Assembly: GCA_963695555.1 (NCBI GenBank)
Contig: CAVOGR010000001.1
Coordinates: 992,001-1,056,000 of the forward strand
From: an uncultured Gemmatimonadales bacterium
GTDB taxonomy: Bacteria > Gemmatimonadota > Gemmatimonadetes > Gemmatimonadales > GWC2-71-9
DNA: 64,000 nt
Direction: 5' to 3'
Shown: piece after piece, positions 52,053 to 60,662 of the stretch
How positions within the stretch are numbered: position 1 is the stretch's first letter
How the letters are laid out: each line of letters begins with the position of its first letter
Program-made: the position numbers and the translations under genes
Notes under the pieces: model-generated
Database searches by the model: none
Seen by the model: the letters and a program-made list of their open reading frames with translations, nothing else
Told to the model about the DNA's origin: nothing

Positions 52053-53918
52053 ATGGACCGTGCCCGGTATACGGACTTGTTCCTGACGGAGGGTCGCGAG
52101 CATCTCGTGACATGCGCCCACCTTCTGCTCGAATTGGAGCAGGCACCCCGTGAGCTGGAACCGGTCCATGGCCTCTTCCGTGCCATGCATACGCTCAAGG
52201 GAATGGCAGCCACGATGGGGTATTCGCAAGTCACCGATCTGTCCCACCAGATGGAAACCGTGCTCGACGCGGTGCGTCAGGGAGAGCGCCGGGTAAACCG
52301 CCCGCTCATCGATGTTCTTCTCGAGACGGTGGATGCGCTGACGGCGGGTATCGAAACCGCTGTTGCAGGCCAGGACGCCGAGTTGGATTTTCGGGACCTC
52401 CTGGCCCGGCTGAACAAGAGGCCGCGCACGCGCAAACGGGTATCGGGCGATGCCGTGATACCCGAGACGAAGCCATCGCCTGCCGGTATGTGGGTCGAGG
52501 TCGTGATCGATCCGGCCGCTCCGATGCGCGGAGGCCGAGCGGCGGTGCTTCTCCGCGAGGCCGAAGCACTTGGCGCCGTCAGCACAGTCACGCCCTCAGC
52601 CAGCGAACTCGAGCGCGAGTCCTTCACGGGCCAATTTGGGTTCCATTTGGCGTCGGACGCCGCGCCGGCAGCTATTGCGACGCGGCTGCGAACCGTTGGT
52701 GACGTGCTCGAAGTCACGTGTGTTCCCCGTTCACCGGGGAGCCGGACGCCAGGCCCCGCCGAACGGGACGCAGCCAAGCGGTCGACACCGACTGTTCGCG
52801 TCGATCGCCGCCGGCTGGATGCCCTGATGAATCAGATCGGTGAACTCGTCGTGACCAAGAACCGGCTGGCATCGCTGGCGGCCGCCGGCGGTGGGGAGTT
52901 CTCGGCGGCCATTGATAGGATGGCCCGTTTGGTGTCGGAGATGCAGGCAGAGGTCATGTTGGCCCGATTGACTCCGGTTGCGGAGGTTGTCGATCGGTTC
53001 CCTCGGATGGTGCGGGACTTGTCGCGCGTAGTGGGCAAAGAAGTGTCGCTCAACGTGGAGGGGCGCCACATCGAGGTCGATCGCTCGATCCTGGAACAAA
53101 TCGGCGAGCCGCTGCTTCACCTCCTCCGCAACGCTATGGATCACGGCATCGAGTCAGTGGAGGCTCGAGTGAAGGCGGGGAAGCCGCGCGCGGGACAGTT
53201 ATCGCTCATTGCGGCGCGCGAACGCAATAGCGTGACGTTCGAAGTGCGCGATGACGGTGCAGGAATCGACCGCGCGGCGATCCTGGAGAAGGCCAGGCGA
53301 GAGGGATCCGTGGCTGAGCCCGTGACCTCGTTGACGGACGAACAACTGCTCGAGGTGCTTGCACGCCCCGGCTTCAGTACGGCCGAGCGGGTGACGAGCG
53401 TGTCGGGGCGCGGTGTCGGTGTGGATGTGGTCCTCACGCGCATTCGGGCGTTAGGGGGGTCGGTCGAGATTCGATCGGAGGTCGGCCACGGAACGTCGGT
53501 AACCTTGCGGCTTCCACTCACGGTCGTCCTGTTGCGTGCCCTCCTGGCCCGGGTCGGGCAGGAACGGTATGTGATTCCGGTGACCCATGTCGCGGAAACG
53601 GTGTTCCTCGACTCGCGGAGCGCCACGACCCTCGACGGGCGGCAGGCGCTCACTCTGCGCGATCAAGTTATTCCCACGGTGCGGCTGCGCGATCTGGCAG
53701 GATTTCCCAACGAGCCCACCCCGGCACGGCAACCGTGCGTGGTGTTCGAGGTCGGTTCGCGGCGCACCGCCTTGGTGGTCGATGCCCTCCTCGGCCAGGA
53801 GGAGATCGTGGTCGAGCCCTTCGAGCCACCGAGTGGCACGCCGGCAGTGTTTAGCGGAGCAACCATCCTATCGGACGGAGTACCGTCCCTGATTCTCGAC
53901 GCCGCAGCCGTGGTATAA
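52053..53918 (+). CDS. cheA: Chemotaxis histidine kinase CheA
   Basis: HPt FRAMHTLKG, P2 domain, HLLRNAMDHG, DDGAG, SGRGVG, C-terminal CheW-like domain. Confidence 0.96.
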   Translation: MDRARYTDLFLTEGREHLVTCAHLLLELEQAPRELEPVHGLFRAMHTLKGMAATMGYSQVTDLSHQMETVLDAVRQGERRVNRPLIDVLLETVDALTAGIETAVAGQDAELDFRDLLARLNKRPRTRKRVSGDAVIPETKPSPAGMWVEVVIDPAAPMRGGRAAVLLREAEALGAVSTVTPSASELERESFTGQFGFHLASDAAPAAIATRLRTVGDVLEVTCVPRSPGSRTPGPAERDAAKRSTPTVRVDRRRLDALMNQIGELVVTKNRLASLAAAGGGEFSAAIDRMARLVSEMQAEVMLARLTPVAEVVDRFPRMVRDLSRVVGKEVSLNVEGRHIEVDRSILEQIGEPLLHLLRNAMDHGIESVEARVKAGKPRAGQLSLIAARERNSVTFEVRDDGAGIDRAAILEKARREGSVAEPVTSLTDEQLLEVLARPGFSTAERVTSVSGRGVGVDVVLTRIRALGGSVEIRSEVGHGTSVTLRLPLTVVLLRALLARVGQERYVIPVTHVAETVFLDSRSATTLDGRQALTLRDQVIPTVRLRDLAGFPNEPTPARQPCVVFEVGSRRTALVVDALLGQEEIVVEPFEPPSGTPAVFSGATILSDGVPSLILDAAAVV

Positions 53919-53927
53919 GGAGGCCTG

Positions 53928-54548
53928 ATGGCGGATCTGCGACAGCTCACGGATCTGGAAATCGACGCGCTACGTGAGGTTGCCAGCATCGGAGCCGGCC
54001 ACGCCGCGACGGCACTGTCGCAAATGATTGAGCGCACCGTCATGATCAGTGTGCCGACGGTGCGCGTTGTCCCGCTCGAGGAGGTCGGGCAGCTCGTAGG
54101 ACGCCCGGACGACATCGTAGCCGCCGTGTTGATGCACATGATGGGCGATCTCACGGGGCGCACCCTCCTGGTCTTTCCCGAGAGCGCCGCCAAGCAGCTC
54201 TGCGACATCTTGTTGCGACGAACCGGCGGGTCCACCCTGACATTCGCCGTCATGGAACAATCGGGTCTCAAGGAGGTCGGGAACATCCTCAGCAGCGCCT
54301 ATTTCAACGCGCTGAGCGATTTTATGGGCATGATGCTCATGCCATCGATTCCCAGCTTGGTGATTGACTATTCCGCGGCAGTGTTGACCAGCACCACCTT
54401 GAATTTTGGGCACGCGCGTGATTCCGTCCTGTGTGTGGAGACCGACCTCAGGGTGCGAGATTCCGGGGAAAAGGTGACGGGCCACTTCATGCTCATGCCG
54501 GATCTCCCGTCCTTGCAGGCCATCTTCGACGCCGTCCGCCTTGCGTAG
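53928..54548 (+). CDS. cheC: CheY-P phosphatase CheC
   Basis: DALREVASIGAGHAATALS and SGLKEVGNI repeats; AAGGAGG RBS. Confidence 0.92.
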   Translation: MADLRQLTDLEIDALREVASIGAGHAATALSQMIERTVMISVPTVRVVPLEEVGQLVGRPDDIVAAVLMHMMGDLTGRTLLVFPESAAKQLCDILLRRTGGSTLTFAVMEQSGLKEVGNILSSAYFNALSDFMGMMLMPSIPSLVIDYSAAVLTSTTLNFGHARDSVLCVETDLRVRDSGEKVTGHFMLMPDLPSLQAIFDAVRLA

Positions 54549-54551
54549 CGC

Positions 54552-57269
54552 ATGGATGTTTCTGCGCTGTCCGACCGCGACCTCTCCATCCTCCGCGCCT
54601 TCGCGTCGCGGGTCGATCCATCCGATGCGGGCGGCCACAACAATCTGGGCGTGCTGTATTTTCGCAAAGGCCTGATTCCGGAAGCCATCGCCCAGTTCAC
54701 TCACGCGCTCGAACTCGATCCTCGAATGCAGGTGGCGCAGGACAATCTGCGCCTGGCGTACCACGGCACCGGATACTACGATCGCCGAGTCACCGAACTC
54801 CGGGAACATCTGCGCCGCGAACCGGAGGACCGGGACGCCCGGTGGGAGTTGGGCAAGGTGTACGCCTCGTTGAGACAGTACGATGCGGCCGCGGCCGAAT
54901 TCGAAGCCTTGCTCGCTCGGCATCCGTACGACGTGCGCGCGGTCGTGCAGCTTGGCCTGTGTGAAAAGGCGCGCGGCAACATTCCCCGGGCCGAGGAGTG
55001 GTTCAGCCGGGCGTGTCGGCTCGATCCCGAGAGTCCGGTGGCACGGTTCTACCTCGGTGAGGCTCTCTACAACCGGGGGCTGAACGAGCAAGCCTTGGTC
55101 GAACTGTCGCAGTCGGTTAGCCTGAATTCCGATAACGCCGAGGCCCAATACATTCTCGGCTTCGTCTATGGCGATCTCGGCCGGCATGAGGAGGCGCGGC
55201 GTGCGACCCGCCGGGCCATCGAGCTGAACCCGACCCTTGGCCGCGCGCATGCCAACTTGTCGCTCCGCCCTGACGAGGGCAGCGAGGCGGGCCGGTCCGC
55301 TGCCGCACCGGGTGACGCGAACGACCTTGCGGTTGCCGAGAACACGGCGCTTGCCCACTACAATTTGGGACTGGCCTTCCGCCAAAAAGGATACCATGCG
55401 GAGGCCCTCCGCGAGTATCGGCTCGCCCTCGAACACGGGGAAGAGCGCCAGCTCGTCCTCCAAGCCATGGCCGAGGTCCACCTGCTCAAGCGCGACCTGA
55501 GCGCCGCGCTCGAATTGTACGACCGGTTGGTGGTGGATTATCCGGACTCTCCAAAGCTCTGGAATGAACGAGGCGTCTGCCTCCAACAGGCCGGCCGCCG
55601 AGAGGCCGCCCTCGAGTCCTATCAGAGCGCCGTCGGTACGGACGAGACCTACGCCCTCGCCTGGAACAACCTCGGCGTGGCCCAGGCCCAGGTGCCCGAC
55701 TTCGATGCCGCGTCCGACGCCTTCCGGGCGGCGATCCGCCATAAGTCGGATCTTCTCGCCGCGCGGCTCAACCTCGCACTGCTGCTCTTTCAGCGTCGCC
55801 GTTTCCAGCTCGCGCTGGAGGCCTACCGGCATGCGCTGGCGGACGATCCGGACAATGCGGTCGCCTGGAACGGTGTGGGCCTGATTCTCATGGAATTGAA
55901 GCGATACGCCGACGCCAAGAATGCTTTCGCCAGAGCCGTCGAGACAGACCCCGAGCACGCCCCGGCCCACTATAACCTGAGCTTCGTCTTGAGCCAGCTC
56001 GGCGATTTCGACGGTGCGCTGCGCGAAACCAAACATGCGCTCGAATTGGAATCGTACTATGTACCTCAGCGGTACGATTTGACGATCGACCTCCAGTACG
56101 AGCATACAACCATTTCTGTGGCCCCGGTGCTCTCGGGCGACGAAGTCGCGGGTGAATTGCCGGACGACTTCGTCTTCGACGAGCGATTACTCGACGATCT
56201 CTTTGCGACGTTGGCGCCGGATGCGGATCAGTCGGATGACACGGCTCCCCAGCCGGGGCGTGAGCTGTCGCTCGCCCTGGCGCGCGACTACATCAGCAAA
56301 GGCCTCTTGGAGCTGGCCACGGCCGAACTGAATCGAGCGCGCCGGCGGGGCGCTTCCGCTGGCCAAGTGGCCGCGCTGTTAGGCGACATTTTTGCCAGAC
56401 GAGGGCTGCACGGCGAGGCACTGGAACGCTACCGCGAGGCGATCGACCTGGATCACCGCGATCTGGACGCCCGGGTTGGCGAGGTGCAGAGCCTCCTCGC
56501 CCTCGATCGTCTTGGTGAAGCGGCGCAGTCAGCGTCCGATCTCGAACCCATGGCAGCCGGAAGCGTCGACGCCTTGATGGTCTGCGCCAAGGTGCGCGTG
56601 CGCGTGGGGGAGCTGGTCCCGGCCCTCGATCTGCTCAAGGCGGCGCAGGCCTCCGCCCCGGAACGGGGTGAACTCTACCAACTGCAAGCCCAAGCAGCTG
56701 TGAAACTCGGCGACCTGGAAGCGGCCAGCGACGCATACCGGCACGCGCTCGCGCTGGACCCCAACCTGGTCATGGTGTGGCATGAGGTCGGCCAGTTGGA
56801 AGAGGCCCGACGCGACTGGACCGCGGCACGGGCGGCTTATGCGCAGGCGCTGGATCTGCTCCCCACCTTCATGGACGCGACGCTGGCACTCGCGGACGGC
56901 ATGCGTCGGCACGAATCGCCGCGTCAAGCGGTGAGCTATTTGGTCGAAGTCCTGGCCAGCGACCCCTATGAGTTCGAGGCCCTGGTGCTGCTCGGCCGCA
57001 GCCTGCTCGACGACGGCCGCCCGGATCGTGCCATCGAGGCATTCGATCGCGTCCTCAGGTTTGTGCCAGATCATGCCGACGCGTTGTATTTTCGAGGGCT
57101 CGCGTTGGAGCGGCAGCGGCGATTGGCAGAGGCCGTGGAATCCTGGCACCAGGCCATCCAATCCAATCCCGCCGGCCAGTACGCCCAGGCTGCCCGCCTC
57201 AGGATGCGGTCGGCCCGGGACCTCTCCGAAATCTTCAAGGTGCCGAGTGGAGTGAACGGTGGCGATTGA
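54552..57269 (+). CDS. Large cytoplasmic TPR protein (905 aa)
   Basis: Many TPR units (HNNLG, YNLG, WNNLG) with an acidic linker; no signal peptide. Confidence 0.9.
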   Translation: MDVSALSDRDLSILRAFASRVDPSDAGGHNNLGVLYFRKGLIPEAIAQFTHALELDPRMQVAQDNLRLAYHGTGYYDRRVTELREHLRREPEDRDARWELGKVYASLRQYDAAAAEFEALLARHPYDVRAVVQLGLCEKARGNIPRAEEWFSRACRLDPESPVARFYLGEALYNRGLNEQALVELSQSVSLNSDNAEAQYILGFVYGDLGRHEEARRATRRAIELNPTLGRAHANLSLRPDEGSEAGRSAAAPGDANDLAVAENTALAHYNLGLAFRQKGYHAEALREYRLALEHGEERQLVLQAMAEVHLLKRDLSAALELYDRLVVDYPDSPKLWNERGVCLQQAGRREAALESYQSAVGTDETYALAWNNLGVAQAQVPDFDAASDAFRAAIRHKSDLLAARLNLALLLFQRRRFQLALEAYRHALADDPDNAVAWNGVGLILMELKRYADAKNAFARAVETDPEHAPAHYNLSFVLSQLGDFDGALRETKHALELESYYVPQRYDLTIDLQYEHTTISVAPVLSGDEVAGELPDDFVFDERLLDDLFATLAPDADQSDDTAPQPGRELSLALARDYISKGLLELATAELNRARRRGASAGQVAALLGDIFARRGLHGEALERYREAIDLDHRDLDARVGEVQSLLALDRLGEAAQSASDLEPMAAGSVDALMVCAKVRVRVGELVPALDLLKAAQASAPERGELYQLQAQAAVKLGDLEAASDAYRHALALDPNLVMVWHEVGQLEEARRDWTAARAAYAQALDLLPTFMDATLALADGMRRHESPRQAVSYLVEVLASDPYEFEALVLLGRSLLDDGRPDRAIEAFDRVLRFVPDHADALYFRGLALERQRRLAEAVESWHQAIQSNPAGQYAQAARLRMRSARDLSEIFKVPSGVNGGD

Positions 57270-58407
57270 AGGGCCGCTAAAAGAACTCCACATCGACGAC
57301 GTCTTCCAGCTCATGGACTTGGGCCGAAAGACCGGCGTCCTGCACGTCACGTCCGAGCTGCGGGAAAACGCAGGCACCGTGTTCTTCGAGAACGGGTGGG
57401 TGGTGGGTGCCATGATCGCGACCAATCCGCATCCACTCGGGGAGCTGTTGATCCGGACGGGGAAAGTGGCCGAAGAAGACGTCGTCCGTGCACGGACCCT
57501 TCAGACAAGCCGCCCAGGCCGGCGCTTGGGGGAGCTGTTAGTGGAGATCGGAGCGATTTCCCGTCGGGAACTCGACCGACACATCCGTGCGCAGGTCGAG
57601 GAAGTCGTCTTCGAGTTGATGAGTTGGTCCGAGGGATACTTCCGCTTCGAGGAGGGAGAGCCGGGGCAGACTCCGGCCGAAGCCTCGTTTCGAATCGCAC
57701 CGGAGGCGCTGCTCATGGAGGCGGCGCGACGAATCGATGAATGGAGTCGGATCGTCGCCAAGATTCCGCATCAGGGGGTAGTGCCGGGGCTCAATCCGGA
57801 ACAGGCCACCGCCACCGCCGCGCTGGAACTGGTCCCGTTCGAGTGGGAAGTGCTTGCGGCCGTCGATGGAACGGCCACGGTTCGCGACGTGGCCCGGCGG
57901 GTTCGACAGCCCGAGTTCGACGTCGCCAAGACGCTCTTTGGACTCGCGTCGGCCGGCATCATCATCATCCGCGATGCGACGACCGACGGCGGCAACGGTG
58001 CCGGCCGGGGAGTGGAGGTGCTGTCGGCCCAGGCCGATGACCACCTCCAGGCTGGGGACCTGGCCGGAGCCCACCTCGTGGCCCAGGACGCCGTCCTCGC
58101 CTATCCCGACGACGGGGAGGCCTTTCTCGTCCTCGCCCGGGTGTCCCTTGCCAACGGGCGATTCGGCGAAGCCCTGGATGCCGCTCATCGGGCGCTTGCC
58201 CTCCAAGGTCAAACGGGGCCTGGACTTCGGCTGCTCGGTCTGGCTCTTGCAGGGGCAGGTCGTTTTGGGGACGCCTTGGGAGCGTGGGACCGCTGGAAGG
58301 GCTTGGAGACCATGGATCCAGCCGAACGAAGACATTGGGACACGATCGATCGCCTGGAGGATGCGGCGAAGCTCTTGAATAATGCGGTCCGTGGGCGCCA
58401 TGAGTGA
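57259..58407 (+). CDS. DUF4388 (PATAN-like) + MshEN-like + wHTH-like + TPR protein
   Basis: EGPLKEL-x-x-x-DVFQL...KTG, RLGELL, WSEG-x-F-x-F, LLMEAARRIDEW, VDGTATV. Confidence 0.88.
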   Translation: MAIEGPLKELHIDDVFQLMDLGRKTGVLHVTSELRENAGTVFFENGWVVGAMIATNPHPLGELLIRTGKVAEEDVVRARTLQTSRPGRRLGELLVEIGAISRRELDRHIRAQVEEVVFELMSWSEGYFRFEEGEPGQTPAEASFRIAPEALLMEAARRIDEWSRIVAKIPHQGVVPGLNPEQATATAALELVPFEWEVLAAVDGTATVRDVARRVRQPEFDVAKTLFGLASAGIIIIRDATTDGGNGAGRGVEVLSAQADDHLQAGDLAGAHLVAQDAVLAYPDDGEAFLVLARVSLANGRFGEALDAAHRALALQGQTGPGLRLLGLALAGAGRFGDALGAWDRWKGLETMDPAERRHWDTIDRLEDAAKLLNNAVRGRHE

Positions 58408-59248
58408 CAGTATCCGGGCCATGACGGCCCAGCTGGTCAGCGATCCCGCCAGCATGATCTTCCTGCCGCTGGGAGAGGCCCTGCGCCAGCGCGGACAGCT
58501 CGACGCCGCCGAGAAAGTGGCGCTGGCTGGCCTTGGGCGCTACTCCGAATCGGCCGATGCGCACGACCTGTACGCCAGGATTCTCGGGGATCGCGGTCAA
58601 CTCGAATTGGCATTCGATGAGTGGGACATCGCCCTCCGGCTGGAGCCGGACCACGTCGGGGCGCACAAAGGCATCGGGTTCCTGTATTTCGTGGCTGGCG
58701 AGCTCGACCGGGCATTGGCCCACCTCGAGACGGCCGCCCGGAAGCTGCCGGACGATGATGGGGCCCAAACAGCCCTGGCTCGGGTCAAGGAGGCTCTCGC
58801 TCGCCGAGCGGCGGCAGGGAATGGGGCCGGACGGGAGACAGATACGGCGGTGCTGACTGAGGAGCAGGCGGTGGTACCCGGTGCCGACCCATCCCGGCTG
58901 TTCCTGGGCTTGGAAGGAGCCGAGGACGGCCTCCTGCTTCTCGATACGAGGGGACTTCGCCTCGGTGGTGGATTGACCAGTCCCGAGGGCGACGACGTAG
59001 CCGATGCCGTCTCGGCCCACCTCGCGGGCGTGTCGCAGGAAGCTTCCCGCACTGCCCGGCTACTCGGGCTGGGGGCGTGGATCAGCCTGGCTGCAGAGTC
59101 GCCGGATGGTCATCTGTTCGTGGTGGCTCCAACGCCGGAGACTCTGTTGCTTCTCGTTCGGGAGCAGAGCGTTCCCTTGGGACGCCTGGGCGTGGTTGCC
59201 GACCATGCGGCCGGGGTCGCGCGGGCTTGGCTCGAGGGATTGCAGTGA
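58400..59248 (+). CDS. TPR + C-terminal roadblock/LC7 protein
   Basis: DPAS-x-x-F-x-x-LGEALR TPRs; LLLLDTRGL...ETLLLL...PLGRL. Confidence 0.82.
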   Translation: MSDSIRAMTAQLVSDPASMIFLPLGEALRQRGQLDAAEKVALAGLGRYSESADAHDLYARILGDRGQLELAFDEWDIALRLEPDHVGAHKGIGFLYFVAGELDRALAHLETAARKLPDDDGAQTALARVKEALARRAAAGNGAGRETDTAVLTEEQAVVPGADPSRLFLGLEGAEDGLLLLDTRGLRLGGGLTSPEGDDVADAVSAHLAGVSQEASRTARLLGLGAWISLAAESPDGHLFVVAPTPETLLLLVREQSVPLGRLGVVADHAAGVARAWLEGLQ

Positions 59249-59595
59249 TGCCGGAGTTCGCAACTGCACTCGACTTGATCACCCGGGTCCACGGCGTCCG
59301 CGGCGCCATGCTGGTGTCAGTCTCAGACGGACTCGTTGTCGCCGAATCGTCCATGGACGGTGTGGACGGCGCGCCGGTCGCGGCGCTCACCGCAAGCCTT
59401 GCCGGCCGGCTGCGGCGCACCACTGAAGCGGCGGGACGACGACTGCCGACCTTCATCCACCTCCGGGCGGCAACAGGGACCGTGCTCGCGGTGCCGTCCA
59501 ACGACGACCTGCTCGTCGTGACGATTGGCGCTCCGGACATCAATGTCGGCCTGGCTCGGTTGGAAATGCTCCACGTCGCGGAGCGAGGGATTTGA
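59248..59595 (+). CDS. Roadblock/LC7 protein (MglC-like)
   Basis: VHGVRGAMLV-x-x-x-DGLVV, NVGLARLEM; TGATG coupling. Confidence 0.85.
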   Translation: MPEFATALDLITRVHGVRGAMLVSVSDGLVVAESSMDGVDGAPVAALTASLAGRLRRTTEAAGRRLPTFIHLRAATGTVLAVPSNDDLLVVTIGAPDINVGLARLEMLHVAERGI

Positions 59596-60056
59596 TGCGA
59601 GCCGTTGAGCCATGGGTGGAAGGTCCGCTCGCGGCGTTCCTGGATGAGTCGGCTGCGCGGCTCACGCTGTTGATGACCTCGGCTGGCCAGGTACTGGCCC
59701 AGCATGGGTTCACGCGCGCCTTCGACGTCATGTCTGCCGCGGCGTTGGGCGCTGGGATCATGGCGTCGACCGACGAGCTTGCGCGTCTGATGGACGCGCC
59801 GCCCTTTCGCGCCTTGGCGCACCAGGGAGTCCATCACGGCTTGTTCCTTTCCGGCTTCGACACGCCCCAAGGACGGTGGATCGGACTCGTGGTCTTCGGG
59901 CCTGAGAGTTCACTCGGGCTGGTTCAGCTGTTCTTCCAGCGCCTCGTGGCGGACTTGGCCAAGCAGGCCCCGACCGAAGCTCCAAGCAACCGGGTGTTGG
60001 GATCAGATTTCGAGGACGAGCTCAACGCCAGCCTGCGAACCCTTTTCGGTCAGTAG
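59595..60056 (+). CDS. mglB: MglB-like roadblock protein (putative GAP of MglA)
   Basis: AAALGAG-x-x-A-x-x-x-x-LARL, HQG, VVF-x-x-x-SSLGLV, C-terminal amphipathic helix; adjacent to mglA. Confidence 0.8.
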   Translation: MRAVEPWVEGPLAAFLDESAARLTLLMTSAGQVLAQHGFTRAFDVMSAAALGAGIMASTDELARLMDAPPFRALAHQGVHHGLFLSGFDTPQGRWIGLVVFGPESSLGLVQLFFQRLVADLAKQAPTEAPSNRVLGSDFEDELNASLRTLFGQ

Positions 60057-60059
60057 CAT

Positions 60060-60662
60060 ATGTCGCTTGTCAACTTCACGTCCCGCGAGATCACCTGTAA
60101 GATCGTCTATTACGGACCAGGCCGATCCGGCAAGACGAGCAATCTTCAGTACATCTATGGTCGGGTTCCGGAAGCGCGCCGGGGCCGCATGGTGTCGCTC
60201 GCCACCAAAGGCGACCGCACGCTGTTTTTCGATTTTCTCCCGCTCGAGCTCGGGACAATCTCAGGATTCGTCACACGATTCCAGTTGTACACCGTGCCCG
60301 GGCAGGTGTACTACAATGCGACCCGGAAGCTGGTGTTGCAGGGTGCAGACGGTATCGTTTTTGTGGCCGACAGCCAAGCCCGGCGATTCGACGATAACCT
60401 CGAGAGCCTCCAGAACCTGCAAGAGAATTTGCTCGCGCACGGTGTCGATATTCGGGAATTGCCCCTCGTCTACCAATACAACAAGCAGGATCTCCCTGCG
60501 GATCTCATCCTCGGGCCGGACGAACTCGATGATGCCTTGAATTTTCGAGCGGTCCAGAGCTTCGGCGCCGATTGTCTGAGCGGGAACGGCGTGTTTGAGA
60601 CATTGCGGGGCATTTCAGAGCTCGTGTTGAAGCGCCTGGCCGCGGGGAGCCGGGTTGCGTGA
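60060..60662 (+). CDS. mglA: MglA-family small GTPase
   Basis: KIVYYGPG-x-SGKTSNL, DRTLFFDF, YTVPGQ, NKQD. Confidence 0.95.
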   Translation: MSLVNFTSREITCKIVYYGPGRSGKTSNLQYIYGRVPEARRGRMVSLATKGDRTLFFDFLPLELGTISGFVTRFQLYTVPGQVYYNATRKLVLQGADGIVFVADSQARRFDDNLESLQNLQENLLAHGVDIRELPLVYQYNKQDLPADLILGPDELDDALNFRAVQSFGADCLSGNGVFETLRGISELVLKRLAAGSRVA

